From NCBI GenBank assembly GCA_905178155.1, contig CAJINV010000013.1, positions 52,344 to 116,343 on the forward strand: a DNA stretch of 64,000 nt, given 5' to 3'. Each line of letters opens with the position of its first letter. The first letter of the stretch is position 1. Shown here one piece after another: positions 1 to 11,370 of the stretch. The DNA is from Amoebophrya sp. A120. Taxonomy: Eukaryota; Protista; Dinoflagellata. The notes beneath the pieces are model-generated. The model saw only the letters and a list, made by a program, of their open reading frames with translations. It was not told the origin of the DNA and did no database searches. Position numbers and translations under genes: made by a program.

Positions 1-720
1 CGGTGCCAGATCATGGCCAAGCCGGTGCCAGATCGTGGCCAAAGCCTTGCCAAGCCGGTGCCAGATCATAGCCAACCCGGCGCCAGATCATGGCCAAGCC
101 GGTGCCAGGTCGTGGCCAAGCCGGTGCCAGATCATGGCCAAAGCCTGCCAAGCCGGTGCCAGATCATGGCCAAGCCTGCCAAGCCGGTGCCAGATTATGG
201 CCAGGCCTGCCAGCCGGTGCCAGGTCGTGGCCAAGCCGGTGCCAGATGATGGCCAAGCCGGGGCCAGATCATGGCCAAGCCGGTGCCAGGACAGGCCGCG
301 GCAAGGCTGGCGCCAGATCATGCCCAGAGCCTGCCAAGCCGGTGCCAGATCATGGCCAAGCCTTCCAGCCGGTTCCAGATCATGGCCAAGCCGGTGCCAG
401 GTCGTCGCCAAGGCGGTGCCAGATTATGGCCAAGCCGGTGCCACATCATGGCCAAGCCGGTGCCAGATCATTGCCAAGCCGGTGCCAGGTCGTGGCCAAG
501 CCCGCCGGCCGGACGGTGCCAGATCATGGCCAAAGCCTGCCAAGCCCGCCGGTGCCAGATCATGGCCATGCCGCCCGGCCCTCGCCGGTGGCATGGCCAT
601 GCCGGTGCCCGACAATGCCCGCCCCCCGCCGCCAGATCGCGGCCCCGCCGGTGCCAGCATGCAAGATGACGGCAAAGGCCAACCTGCCCGCCGCGCCGGC
701 CGGTGCCGGATCGTGCCAAA
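1..720. repeat. GC-rich tandem satellite, ~22-bp unit (GCCAAGCCGGTGCCAGATCATG), degenerating rightwards
   Basis: The unit is visible many times. The ORFs here are repetitive translations (AKPVPDHGQ / ARSWPSRCQ) of the repeat. Confidence 0.95.
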
Positions 721-1551
721 GCCATTCTGGCGCTTTCAAAATCGCCGGCGGATGGGCCTGCCTGTGTTGAAGCGCCGACGACGATTCTCCACAGAGAGAC
801 GCTGAGTGCTACTATTCATCTAGCGGAATACTATTAAGTCTGCAGGTTACTGAACACGGGAAGCGGGATAAGGCTAGTTGGTTACAACATGCAACGTAAA
901 TTTTTCGCACTACCTTCATTCAATACAACCGGAGTTGTCACAAATGAACATGTTTTTTTTTTTTCAGTGCGGGGAGCGCAATTCTTCCTTATGATAGTTC
1001 TTTTCTATGGAATAGACTCTCCAGTAGCGACGCGCTGCACCCAGAAGCCCTGAAAAATATTTCTGTTCGCCTCTTTCCCTTACTTACAGGCAAGCATGCC
1101 TACGTAAGACGAATGCAAGTTTTGAAAAGGGCAGCGAGCTGCAAAGTGCAATGCAAATCGCTCCGCTATGAAAATGTTCTCTGCTTGATAAGGTGTCCGG
1201 AAGAGGTATGACCGCAAAAATCTTCGAAGGAAGTGGGTTTGTTGTGCCGCCGCCATTCTCATTTTTCTTAAGGCTACAAAAGTCTTTGTTGCAGTGTCCA
1301 GAGCGTAACAGCGTTTTTCTAATCTTTCCGACACGCTCGAAGGTCTAGGTCTTGCATTGCATGCATTTGGCAACGAGAACCGAACGCGATAAACAGCCAT
1401 GCACGACATTATATTCAGATGTTGATCTATCGCAATGCAAAACATTCTCCAAAATCTCGCTTTTTGAAAATATTCTCAAACTATCAATCCAGAATGTCGA
1501 TGTTAGTGAGAAAGACGTATGGCTCTAGCCGCACTTTTCGAATAAGTACAA

Positions 1552-4500
1552 TCAAAATTTCTCCTGCGTACACTCATCCGGTCCGCGAGCAACATCGTGA
1601 TCGTCTAGACCCGTTGCAGGCAGGTTGATAATGTCGCCACTCACTTTACATGTTGTGCCCCCTGAAAGCACTGCGTCGTCGGCAACCAGAGGCAGCACAG
1701 ATGCTGCCCTGCCAGGCACCTCTGCAAAATTCTTCTGGTGGACCAGCTTGCTTTCTAATAAATCAGGGACAGTTTCGCCATCCTTCATGAAGAACCCAGA
1801 TTCTCGCGCATCGTCTTCCTGCATCTTCTGCAAAATGCGTTGGACTTTCCCATTTAGTGTCCTTCCCCATTGTTCGTTGTCTGGGTTCTTTAGTTGAAAT
1901 GTGACCTCGCTCGCAGAAAACGCGATGACTTCACTGAAGCAGGCGTCGCGATACTGAGTCGCTGCGTTCATCGGCGTTGCTCTACAAGTCGTTGTATGCG
2001 ATGCCAGGCTGCTTGCTGCACTCGCCGATGATTGCAAGCCATCATTGGAGAGAGTCTGCGTCGTGGTGCAGTTCTCAGAGGGCAATGTTGAGAGTGCACT
2101 TTTCGAAGAATGCTGCGGGCGATGCAGTAGTGTAACAAAACTTCCCGGTAGTGGTCGTGTCTTTGCTCTTTGAAATGAAAGGAGTGGTGGTCCTGAGCAC
2201 ATTGGATCTTTAACCGCGAGGCCGCGCCAATCGAAGGAAAACAATGCGCAAGACTCGTCTTGTAGCGAAATCGTGTCAATGCGCTGCTCTAGATCTCGTT
2301 CTAGGCAGCTTTGCAAAAGGTACATCAGGTGCTCTTGTCGCGCTACGTCCTCTCTAGGCGCACGGCACGGCGGGCAAGCCGACGAAGACGAGGATCGGTC
2401 TTCGGCCAATTCCATTTCCGGCAGAGTTACCTCACGCTCAGACGTTTCCGTCAGAAGTGCCGTTCGTGCGGAGCTATTTTGTGCTTCAGCTTCAGAGGCA
2501 GGAGACGACACCTTGGAGGAAACAGGCACATCAAAAAAATGCTTCTGGGCCGGGTACTGAATCTCCATACAAGGATCCAAAATTGCGCACATTACCCGAT
2601 TCATTCCGCAGGGCACGGGCTTTTCTCTTTAAAGGAAAAAAGTTGCTTCTTGTACGTCCCATGCGTGCTTAAGCTGCTGAGCCATTTCATACGCTTTCGT
2701 GCTGGGTGCACGTGAGGGAATCTCAGGCATCTTCTTTCTCGCTGCTGCATTCAGTGACTAGCATTTGCGGAGCCCCCTGACTACGCAAATATAAAAATGA
2801 ATCTTCAGTGCAAGAGAGTCACAGGACCCCAAGCCGAAGCGGCCACAAGCAAGTGTAGTCAAGGCTATTTGCTGTAACCTACTATAATGAAATGAATACT
2901 ACAAGAACTACATCTCAGCTCCAGGAACTGTAGCAGGTCGTTTTTTCTATATGCAGCAACTGAAGTAGCCGCGCAGCTGCGACGCAAGGGAGCAACAGAA
3001 GACTTTTGTTTCTTCGCCTATCCTGTATTTCTGTCCTTGAGAAGGCAGACGTGCGGTGGGCGTTCGTAGAGCATCGCATACAGGATGATTCCCAGTGACC
3101 AGATGTCAACGCCAAACCGTAGCTTCATGCTCTGTTCGTACTGGTCCCCCTGGTAGAACGCTTCAGGAGCCATGTACAGGAAGGTGCCACACTGAGATGA
3201 GGAATGTGTTTTACTTTCATATCCGATCGACATCCAACTTTGACAAGCATACATCTGATGAAAGGTTTTGATGCTACACTACACGACAAAAAACTGACAT
3301 AAAATATAGCAAGACACAAGCATCATGAGCTCTTTAGTAACAACCGAACCTGGCCATGTCGACTTATGTGAGTTTGGTCCTCGCACAGCATCCGTGCCAA
3401 GCCGAAATCTGCAAGCTTTACGCGCTGCTTTTTTTCGAACAGCAGGAAGTTTGCGGGCTTCAGGTCGAAGTGAATGATGTTCTGGGCATGAACGTACTCG
3501 ACTGCGTCTATCATCTGGCCCCAGTATTGGCCAATCATCTCAAAAGGCATTCCCTCTCCCATTTCGGGACCGGGAGTAGAATGAGAAGCGCATCGCTCGG
3601 CAACCAAATCTTGTTTCCGTCGCTCCGAGAAAAACTGTTTATGAAGCGTGTCGAAGTCACAATCAGCCAGCTCCATCAAAAAATACATTTGCAGTTGAGC
3701 CCAGTCGATTCTGGTGTCGTAGATTTTGTGGACGCGAGCCCGCTAATTCGCACTCGTGATGCGACACGAACGGTCAGGACAGAATGTTCCTTCTGTTTTT
3801 GAAATACTGATCACAAACATAGAAACGGGACTGACTGTCCCTCTGATGATTCTAGTCCTTGGCAAGAACGAACGCAAAAGCAAAACAGATCGGACGGTAT
3901 GAAAAAGCGCTTCTAAATGAAGAGTCGTTTTTATAGGTCATTAAGCATCCTATCCAACATGCTCGGATGAGACGTGTTCAAGTTACACCATTTCGAGGTT
4001 GTAATTAGGGGGCTCAGCAGCTGCATAACAGTGCACGACAGGACAGCCGGTCGAGTATCGCAGCCCAGCGCGTCGCGGTCCTTGAATTGAGCCGGAAGAG
4101 CTCGTTCCGGTGCTCTTTTTATCCGGCTCTTCCTGTCCAGTAGGTTCATCGTGAAGACACGATCGCCCTGACGACAGCTGCCTCAGAAGCGCCACTTCGG
4201 CTTGAAGTTTCTGCAAACTCTCCTTCCGCGTCGCAGTCACGAGTTTGAGGGCATAATCAATGCCGTTTTTGTCTGTGACGCGATAAACTTGTCCAGAACC
4301 TGAATTGTGTTGAGGAGAAAAGTACGGCCAAGAAGTGCGTAAATATCGCCTGCTGCACTGGCCTGTTGTGCTGGCCGGCGGCTTCGATTTCGATGAGAAT
4401 TCAGTGATTAACGGATTTATGAATGCAAGTCTCCTGTCATTGCGCAGTGTGCACGTCCTGCATGATGTACAGAAATCAATAGCTGCGTTGCCTGTCGGAG

Positions 4501-5306
4501 TTATAGAAATTCAAAACCCGGGCCTACGAAGCAAATTTTCATGATAGATTTCGAAGATGGGGTCTCGTACATCAAGGTTTAGAAAGCAGAGTATTACTTC
4601 TTTCCTTCTTGCTTTCCGAGAAGAGCTGATGGCTGTATCTATCGTAGAGAAAAAATGTTGCCTCAGTTTTTAGTCCACGACAAAAACATCAATTTAGGAT
4701 TTCCGTACCACCGCGCCCGAGCAGCTCACCAACCACAAACGAACCATCTCTGGCAGAAGTCGCGGGTGCTTTTGTGGCGCTCCCGTTGACTAGGTGCTTT
4801 TCTGTCGCAAATTCTCTAGCATAGCACTCTGGGGCAATTCGTCCCCTATCGCAAGATTCTTCCGTCGTTCGACCCTTGGTGTAGCCCTCTATGCGTTCCC
4901 TACGTGGTGGGCCGGACTCCTCCGTCGTGCGACCCTTTGTGTAGCCTTGTTCTATGCGTGCCCTACGTGGTGGGCAGGATTCGTCTGTCGTGCGACCCTT
5001 GGTGTAGCCTTCCATGCGTTCCATTCGTTGTGGGCAGGACTCGTCCGTCGTGCGACCCTTGATGTAGCCTTCATGTCCCGTAGACCGCACGGCCCAGGGC
5101 TCTTCCATGGTGGCGCTCCAGCGGGTGTGCCATTCCTTCCCTGGAGCGCGCACGCGCTCGGGGCGTCTTCCATGGTTTCCCTGCGAAGACGAATTTACCC
5201 AGGTCCCCTCACGGCGAAGTTCGTCTCCGGTACCGGATGGCCGCATGCGAGAACCAATGCTACTCTTGTTTCTTCTCAGAAGTGGCACGGCCCTGCTGGA
5301 AGACAA
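1552..5306 (-). CDS. MPS1: Multi-exon Ser/Thr/dual-specificity protein kinase, Mps1/TTK-like (5' end uncertain)
   Basis: A GT-AG intron at 4300-4708 joins LLGRG/GSGQVY (G-loop). Later exons give YALK, HFDLKPANFLL, DFGLAR, GTFLYMAPEA, DIWSLGIILY, CAILDPCMEIQYP and SCLERDLEQR, which resemble the TTK pattern DLKPANFL / AIIDP..EIEFP. Exons approx. 4709-5306, 3989-4299, 3351-3743, ~3050-3192, 1552-~2626. The subfamily is less certain than the kinase call. Confidence 0.8.
4855..5075 (-). repeat. Coding tandem repeat (~57-60 bp x4) encoding EGYTKGRTT(D/E)ES units upstream of the kinase domain
   Basis: Repeated gtcgtgcgaccctt(g)gtgtagcc; peptide repeat in ORF 4689..5306. Confidence 0.9.
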
Positions 5307-5368
5307 TATGCTGTTTTACTAAGTACATTGTTAGCTGTACGCAATAAAATATACGTCTTTAGTGGGCG

Positions 5369-5648
5369 TGTTAGGAATTCTGAACACATTCACAGCATAC
5401 GAATAGCGGTCGAGTTCGCATCTTTCTGTTTGGAATGATTCAGAACGGAGTACTGATTCACATCTGTATACAGGTGGTGTTTCAAGATGGATTGATTCGT
5501 TTGGTTTGGTCAACCAGACCACAAAGACGACGAGACGACTAAGCTAAACGGTTAGGATCGTTACTGTGCTGAAGATCAAGATCGATGGAACCACGCAGGG
5601 GAGCTTGAACACGCATTGCATGCTGTGTGCATAAAGCTCTAGTCAACA
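5369..5648 (-). repeat. 3' LTR
   Basis: TGTTAGG...GTCAACA, direct repeat of 11371-11650. Confidence 0.97.
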
Positions 5649-5659
5649 TTCCCCCCCCC
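5649..5659 (-). promoter_or_regulatory. Polypurine tract (GGGGGGGGGAA) abutting the 3' LTR
   Basis: Plus strand ttccccccccc directly inside the LTR. Confidence 0.9.
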
Positions 5660-5838
5660 AAGCGCAAGCCGTTTTTCGAAAATCGCAGCAAGTAAAAGCT
5701 GTACGACAAAATCACCACCAGAAGCTTGCAATGAAAAAGCAAAGCAGAATGGTGGATCACAAATTTTTCTTTCAAAAGCGATCAGGATGGCTACGGCATG
5801 AAAAAGCGCAAGGGGCTCCGGCGTATATAAGTTCCTTT

Positions 5839-8800
5839 CTAAGCCCAAAGGTCTTCAAGTGAAAAGAAGAGACCGGGCACGCCTACCACTGTGAAACAAG
5901 CGTCGACCTCCTCAGGGTCTTCAGACACTTTCACTTTCCTCTTGTTCGTCATGTGCGGATTGTGGTGGAAGACGTGATCTCGAACGTCACGAGGCACGTT
6001 GTTCTTTGTGAGGCAATCAGCTTTCATGTGCTCAGTGGGACAGAACTTAATCTTTTCGCATTCATCCGCAACTTTGTGGTAGCGCAGGGCAACGTGGCGG
6101 CTACGCGGGCGCTGTGCATCGCCTGGCGTCTTGGCGACCGTGATGGCGGTCTGATTGTCCATCCAAAGGTCTTCGCTAGCATCGCGATCTTCAAGAAAAC
6201 CCTTGAAGGTGCATGTCTCGGACATGATCAGTCCATCAGAGCCAGCTACAAACTCTGCTTCGAATGTGGAATGCGTTCTGACCGATTGGCGCGCGGTCTT
6301 CCACACGATGGGGGCGCCTCTGTAGTACAGCAGAGCGCCAGACGTGCTTTTCAACGTTACAAAACAAGATGCAAAACTTGCGTCGGTGAAGAGATTCCAG
6401 TCTTTCAACTTTTCTCCCTTTTGCAGAAGTGATCCGTATACCTGCTTGAACTTTTGTTCGTTCTCGGGTGAGTAGTCGATGCCTACGTCTTCGGTGTGAA
6501 TGACATAGCGCAAAACTTTCTTTACGCATGCGACTATTGCTTTGGTGCAGGGCTTGCTTGCTACCTTTGCGAGGCAGTTAACGGGCTGCGCGATGTCGGG
6601 CCTACAAATCGTTACACACCATTGCAGGGCACCTACAGCTTCCCGCAACGGGAATTTCACTTCGGGCGAGGCGGTATCGTACAGAGCTGATTCGGTGAAG
6701 CATGGATTGTCAACTTTCTTACAACCAACCATGCCAAACTTCGGAGCTAGTTTTGTTCGGATGTAACTCTGCATGCAAATACGTACTTTGTACTTGTTCG
6801 GGTTGTAGTGGACATCTGCACCGAGCTGATCATACAAAAGATCGCCATTTGGTTGGTGTTCGGGCTCAATGATCTTGCCAGGAAACTCTTTCAAAATCAA
6901 ACTGACTTCATGCCTAAGCTCGTGCTCGTCCGGGCCTGTTGCGGTGTTGTCATCTACATAAACTCCCATCTTCATATACTTACTGAACTTCTTGTAACTC
7001 TGGAAGTTGTTGCCTGTGGCCTTGGAGAGCTTTCTCCACAACCCTTTTTCTGTTGACTGTGTCCAACCGAGACTGACTAACTTCTTTTCGTAGTGCTTTG
7101 CCCACAGCCTCGGGGATTGTGGTAACCCATAAAGGGCACGAACTAGCTTCCGAATACCATCGTCGTTTTGCTCACGCCATTCCTTTGGCAGACGAATGAA
7201 AATTTCCGAATCGATCAAGCTCTGTACGAATGCGTTGTCAATGTCAAACAAAATTATGGCATCACCATGCGCGGCGGCATCGATCAGCAGGTAGCGCGAG
7301 GCTCCAAAGCTGATTACGGGCGCGTAAACTTCTAACTCACCGCCGGGCTTGTAGAGATTACCTAGGACGACAGCACGGCACTTGAACTTGCCACAGCGCT
7401 TGCGGCTAAGCACCAATGCTATCGGGACCACGCCTGTGGTCTTAGCGCGTTCTAACTCTTCTGGAGTAGGCACTCTCCACGTCTGAAACGCCTCAAGCTT
7501 GCACTTCTCGAGGGATTTGGCTTCTAACCAGTGCGGCGCATCTGGCGAGCTCATCGCGGCAACGTTCGCGAACTGTGGAAGTGCTTCGACTAACTCTTCA
7601 CCCTCTTCGAAATCGTCTACGACGCTGTCACATACATAACAATCATTGATCACTTCTGCAAAGTCGGCATAAAACGCATCTGAGTTCTCGGCTTCGGACA
7701 ATTGCTGCTTTGTTCTTCGCGTGCGTTGCGTTTTGTCCTTTGCCCCTTTGGGCCTACCGCGCGGGCGCTTGGTCTTTTCGCGACCAAAGACCACTTCAGG
7801 GTCTGGCTCATGGTGTTCAACCGTGTTCCGGGCGGGCGCGCGCGATGAAACTGAATCAGGTGCGGAATGCGGATTTTGTACTTGCGAATTGTCACCACTG
7901 GCATGCTGATTTGACTGAAGATTGATGTCTTTGAACGAGGCAGAGGATGCGTTATGAGCGTGTTCTTGTGAAGCTGCTTTCTCGACTTCTAAAAGTGGCA
8001 GGGAGTTGGACCCGCCAACCCCCCCAGAACCTGAGACCTCTGAACCACCCGGATTTTTGCGCACAGGAGCACAATCCCGATCAGAACCAACCACCCGGGC
8101 ATTGTCCTTCGAGCCACAGATAGTCTGCAGGAGCTGGTCGTCTGAAACTACGACGCCACCGCGGTACCCTGGGCGTAGAGAGTCAACATTGTCGATCAAA
8201 ACTGACTCGACAAACTTCACGGCGTTTGTTTCGTAAACTGCCCAGCGCAAAGCGCCGGCCTTGGAGTATCGATCATCCTTAACGTAAGTTCCAACTAGAT
8301 AGCATGAGGACTGATCGCAATACCCAAGAAAGACTCCTTTCGTGTACTTCTCTACAAGTTTCTTGACCCCTTCTACTGGTTGTCTCAGGAAATAAGCGAG
8401 GCAACCGAAGCGACGCATCCTGGAGTCAAAATTCGAAGTCTTCAATATCTCATCGGGCTCTTGGGGTTCTGTGCGAGAAACTTTCCGGTCATTTTGCAGT
8501 GACTTCCTCTGTCGACAAGCTTCCAAAGGTGAGAGACCATTGAACTGAGGGGCGCGCTTGTAGAATTTCCGCTGTAAGCGATTCCACGTGTATACAAAGT
8601 AAGAAGCGGCATAATCCCAAAGTCTCAAGTCGACACCCACTAGATTAGCCCTTAAACCGGGACCCAGAGTACCCATGAAGCGTTCGCACACACCATTCTT
8701 CTGTGGTACGTATGGGACTGAGTGCTGCCGAAAAACGGAGAGCGCTTGGAGCGTATCCTCCCACTTCTTTGCTCTGAACGTGGGGTCGTTGTCACTGCGG

Positions 8801-10047
8801 ACAAACCATACGACCTTATCTGTCAAGTCGATGCTGTCCGATGCGCGAAGTTGCTTGATTAGCCGTTCTACGACTGCGTAGGCCTGATCTTTGTGCTTCA
8901 ACTTGAACTCAAACACACGCGCAACAGCAGGGCAAATGAAAATCAATAGCCATGAATTGCCTGTCAAGCTGACGGGTTTGACTGGACCCCAAAAGTCAGC
9001 ATCAAGTTGCTTTAGCGGTGTTGGATCAGAGTACTTCTGTGGTCGTTCTTTCCTAGCACCTGACCTGCCACCCTTTGCGAGGGCGCATTCAGGGCAAAAC
9101 ACCTCTTCACCTGGGACATGGATGTGGCCACGTCTTCGGTGTCGGTCTAACTTGGACAAGTAGCATAAATGCTCAAAATCCTCTACGCAGTCGGCCAAGG
9201 CATCTCCAGTGAAAATAGAAGCAGACTCATCGAGCTGTCCTACGCGGCGCTTTTTGCAGCAGTTGGATAAGCAATCAGGTGTGAAAAGATTGCAACCAAA
9301 ACGCGACGCAGACAAAGCGTCTTCCTCTGACAAAACCTCTTCAAATTCTCTGCAGTATAAAGCCACACCCGTGCCGAAAAGCTCACCATCAGGCAAAAAT
9401 GGTAAGTCAGGCGGGTTATTTTCTAATGGCACTGCGACATCTGCGAATCTTGAAACTATCTCAGACTTGGCTACTGCTTTTGGTTCTAGCTTTACTGACC
9501 AACCCATTGCGTTCAGGGTGGTTGTAGGTAAAAGGCGGCGCACGGGCAAAGCGCTGTGAAAAATACCTACTGAGTAACCAAGTCGATTCGTCTTCAGCCT
9601 ACCTATCCTTGGAGGATTTTTCGCTTGCAAAGTGCCTCCGACTCCATTGATTTTCACAGGATTGGAGCGAAAGGACACAAAATCGCTAAGCACACTCGAC
9701 ACGTAATGAGTAGTGCCACTGTCGAGGATATCCCTGTTTGTCCTCTGTTTTCTTTCCTCTGCCGAACCTTCATCCAAAATGGATTTGTTGATCTTGCACT
9801 CTATAATCGGCATTGATTGATCGATCTTGCACAGTAACGATTTTTGATTGTAACTAGTAGCATCGTGACTTGTGTAAAAGCACGAATAGTAGTTGTCGTC
9901 GTCATCAAATACATCGCTCTTTTCATCAGTGTTCTTCGACACATCAACGAAATTTGATTCCAACTCAACATCGATTTTTACATCGTGATTTGAATCCATC
10001 AGCATCGATTTATCATCGACATCATCAGCAGAATCGTGGTCCTTATG
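5839..10047 (-). CDS. pol: Copia Pol polyprotein (protease, Zn-binding/rve integrase, AT-hook, RT, RNase H)
   Basis: ILDSGTT (PR). HRRRGH..CPEC, DADFWGP, RSDN, NGVCER (IN). RPRGRPK (AT-hook). DIDNAF, ALYGLPQSPR, YVDD (RT). FTDASFA, EAEF, DNQTA, KADCLTK (RH). The frame is open from the gag stop; first ATG at 10005. Confidence 0.97.
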   Translation of the reverse strand, partial: HKDHDSADDVDDKSMLMDSNHDVKIDVELESNFVDVSKNTDEKSDVFDDDDNYYSCFYTSHDATSYNQKSLLCKIDQSMPIIECKINKSILDEGSAEERKQRTNRDILDSGTTHYVSSVLSDFVSFRSNPVKINGVGGTLQAKNPPRIGRLKTNRLGYSVGIFHSALPVRRLLPTTTLNAMGWSVKLEPKAVAKSEIVSRFADVAVPLENNPPDLPFLPDGELFGTGVALYCREFEEVLSEEDALSASRFGCNLFTPDCLSNCCKKRRVGQLDESASIFTGDALADCVEDFEHLCYLSKLDRHRRRGHIHVPGEEVFCPECALAKGGRSGARKERPQKYSDPTPLKQLDADFWGPVKPVSLTGNSWLLIFICPAVARVFEFKLKHKDQAYAVVERLIKQLRASDSIDLTDKVVWFVRSDNDPTFRAKKWEDTLQALSVFRQHSVPYVPQKNGVCERFMGTLGPGLRANLVGVDLRLWDYAASYFVYTWNRLQRKFYKRAPQFNGLSPLEACRQRKSLQNDRKVSRTEPQEPDEILKTSNFDSRMRRFGCLAYFLRQPVEGVKKLVEKYTKGVFLGYCDQSSCYLVGTYVKDDRYSKAGALRWAVYETNAVKFVESVLIDNVDSLRPGYRGGVVVSDDQLLQTICGSKDNARVVGSDRDCAPVRKNPGGSEVSGSGGVGGSNSLPLLEVEKAASQEHAHNASSASFKDINLQSNQHASGDNSQVQNPHSAPDSVSSRAPARNTVEHHEPDPEVVFGREKTKRPRGRPKGAKDKTQRTRRTKQQLSEAENSDAFYADFAEVINDCYVCDSVVDDFEEGEELVEALPQFANVAAMSSPDAPHWLEAKSLEKCKLEAFQTWRVPTPEELERAKTTGVVPIALVLSRKRCGKFKCRAVVLGNLYKPGGELEVYAPVISFGASRYLLIDAAAHGDAIILFDIDNAFVQSLIDSEIFIRLPKEWREQNDDGIRKLVRALYGLPQSPRLWAKHYEKKLVSLGWTQSTEKGLWRKLSKATGNNFQSYKKFSKYMKMGVYVDDNTATGPDEHELRHEVSLILKEFPGKIIEPEHQPNGDLLYDQLGADVHYNPNKYKVRICMQSYIRTKLAPKFGMVGCKKVDNPCFTESALYDTASPEVKFPLREAVGALQWCVTICRPDIAQPVNCLAKVASKPCTKAIVACVKKVLRYVIHTEDVGIDYSPENEQKFKQVYGSLLQKGEKLKDWNLFTDASFASCFVTLKSTSGALLYYRGAPIVWKTARQSVRTHSTFEAEFVAGSDGLIMSETCTFKGFLEDRDASEDLWMDNQTAITVAKTPGDAQRPRSRHVALRYHKVADECEKIKFCPTEHMKADCLTKNNVPRDVRDHVFHHNPHMTNKRKVKVSEDPEEVDACFTVVGVPGLFFSLEDLWA

Positions 10048-11214
10048 TCACCACTTGCGACCCTTCTGGTGAGACTTGTAGCCACCTTTCTTCACGCCGT
10101 GTTTGCCACCGCCCTTGCCACCACCACCGCCCTTCTTGTGGTTGTTGCCGTAGTTGTTCGCGGGTGGTGGGGCAGTGTTCTTCTCCTGTTGGCGTTTCTT
10201 GCGATAGCAGTAGTGAACGTCATGTCCTGGACGTTGGCAATACGTACACCAGAGGCCTCCTTGATTCTGCGCGTTGTTACCATAGGGCTGATTTCGATTC
10301 GCATAGGTATTGGAATTGTAGTTTTTGTTGTTGTGTTTTCCCTGTCCTTTGTGACCCTTATTCATCATAACTAAAGCGGTTTGGTTATTGATGGATTGAC
10401 ACATCAATTGCTGTTCGAAGGTCGCGCCTTCCGGTGCGACGATGAAGTTGGAATTTTTGTTGGAAGAAGAAGAAGCAGATGATGACGATGCACCAGCAAG
10501 AAACGCATTGGGGTTTGCGTTCGCGGGGGCGACGTTCGATCGTGCTAAATGCAAAGTCGCTTGCTGTTCCTTTTCAATATTCATTCTGCCTGATTTGATG
10601 AAATCCATCACCATTGCCAGTCCTTCTTTCTCCCAAGTCGCAGTAGTACTGTTCAAGTTTCTGATCTCCGCCATGATTGTCTTCATGCAAGTCGGGTCAA
10701 GTCGGAATTTGAGGACATCCCACATCTGACGATTGATCGCAGCCGCATCTGGGTATCTGTCTTTCAGAAGGAGGATTTTGCTGTACTTTTCTGCGTAGAT
10801 CCAAATAGAAAAATCTCCATCCTTCTCCATGTCGTAGCAGACAGTAATCAATTCGTTGTTGGTTGTGTCACTGTCAATTGAAGATGCTTTCTGATCCCAG
10901 TGCGATGACAGAAGGAAGTAACATTTTACAAAACCCACTGTCTGGCTGTTCGTGATCAATTTTGCTGCGTCGTCTTGCAATGCATTCAAAAATGTGGACT
11001 CGAGGGAAAACACATCTTGCTTTTGCTGTGCTGTCAAACCAGGCTGAACATTTTGAAAGTTCGTCTGCTGGGTGTTGTCGTTCAAAATTGCCTGCCATTG
11101 TGCGTCCAATTCCAATACCATGCTCATCATCGATTTGATTTTATGCTTCCACATCGTCCAGCCCTCGGAGTTCTTTATCTCCGGGCAGATGATCTTCCGA
11201 TCTACCGTCGGCAT
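10048..11214 (-). CDS. gag: Copia Gag with CCHC zinc knuckle
   Basis: CTYCQRPGHDVHYC knuckle; WTMWKHKIK N-terminal gag-like motif; lies just after the PBS. Confidence 0.92.
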   Translation of the reverse strand: MPTVDRKIICPEIKNSEGWTMWKHKIKSMMSMVLELDAQWQAILNDNTQQTNFQNVQPGLTAQQKQDVFSLESTFLNALQDDAAKLITNSQTVGFVKCYFLLSSHWDQKASSIDSDTTNNELITVCYDMEKDGDFSIWIYAEKYSKILLLKDRYPDAAAINRQMWDVLKFRLDPTCMKTIMAEIRNLNSTTATWEKEGLAMVMDFIKSGRMNIEKEQQATLHLARSNVAPANANPNAFLAGASSSSASSSSNKNSNFIVAPEGATFEQQLMCQSINNQTALVMMNKGHKGQGKHNNKNYNSNTYANRNQPYGNNAQNQGGLWCTYCQRPGHDVHYCYRKKRQQEKNTAPPPANNYGNNHKKGGGGGKGGGKHGVKKGGYKSHQKGRKW

Positions 11215-11338
11215 ACCGTCGGGATTCGTAAATCAATCTATTCCAAAGAGAGATTTTTGCGTGTAGATGCCGATGGTGTTCCGACGGAAAAATTTGGACT
11301 TGTGGATGGCGAAGTTGTTCGTTGGCTCGCGATTACCG

Positions 11339-11356
11339 GTCTCACCGGCGGCACCA
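11339..11356 (-). promoter_or_regulatory. Primer-binding site TGGTGCCGCCGGTGAGAC (complement of an 18-nt tRNA 3' end)
   Basis: Plus strand GT-CTCAC-CGGCGGC-A-CCA has the layout T-loop end / T-stem starting with C61 / 7-nt acceptor / discriminator / CCA. Confidence 0.75.
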
Positions 11357-11370
11357 AGTGTGAATCAGAA

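Noticed and set aside
13-805. Multiple overlapping ORFs, or a CRISPR-like array
   Set aside because: They are translations of a stop-poor satellite. Units abut with no unique spacers, and there are no cas genes.
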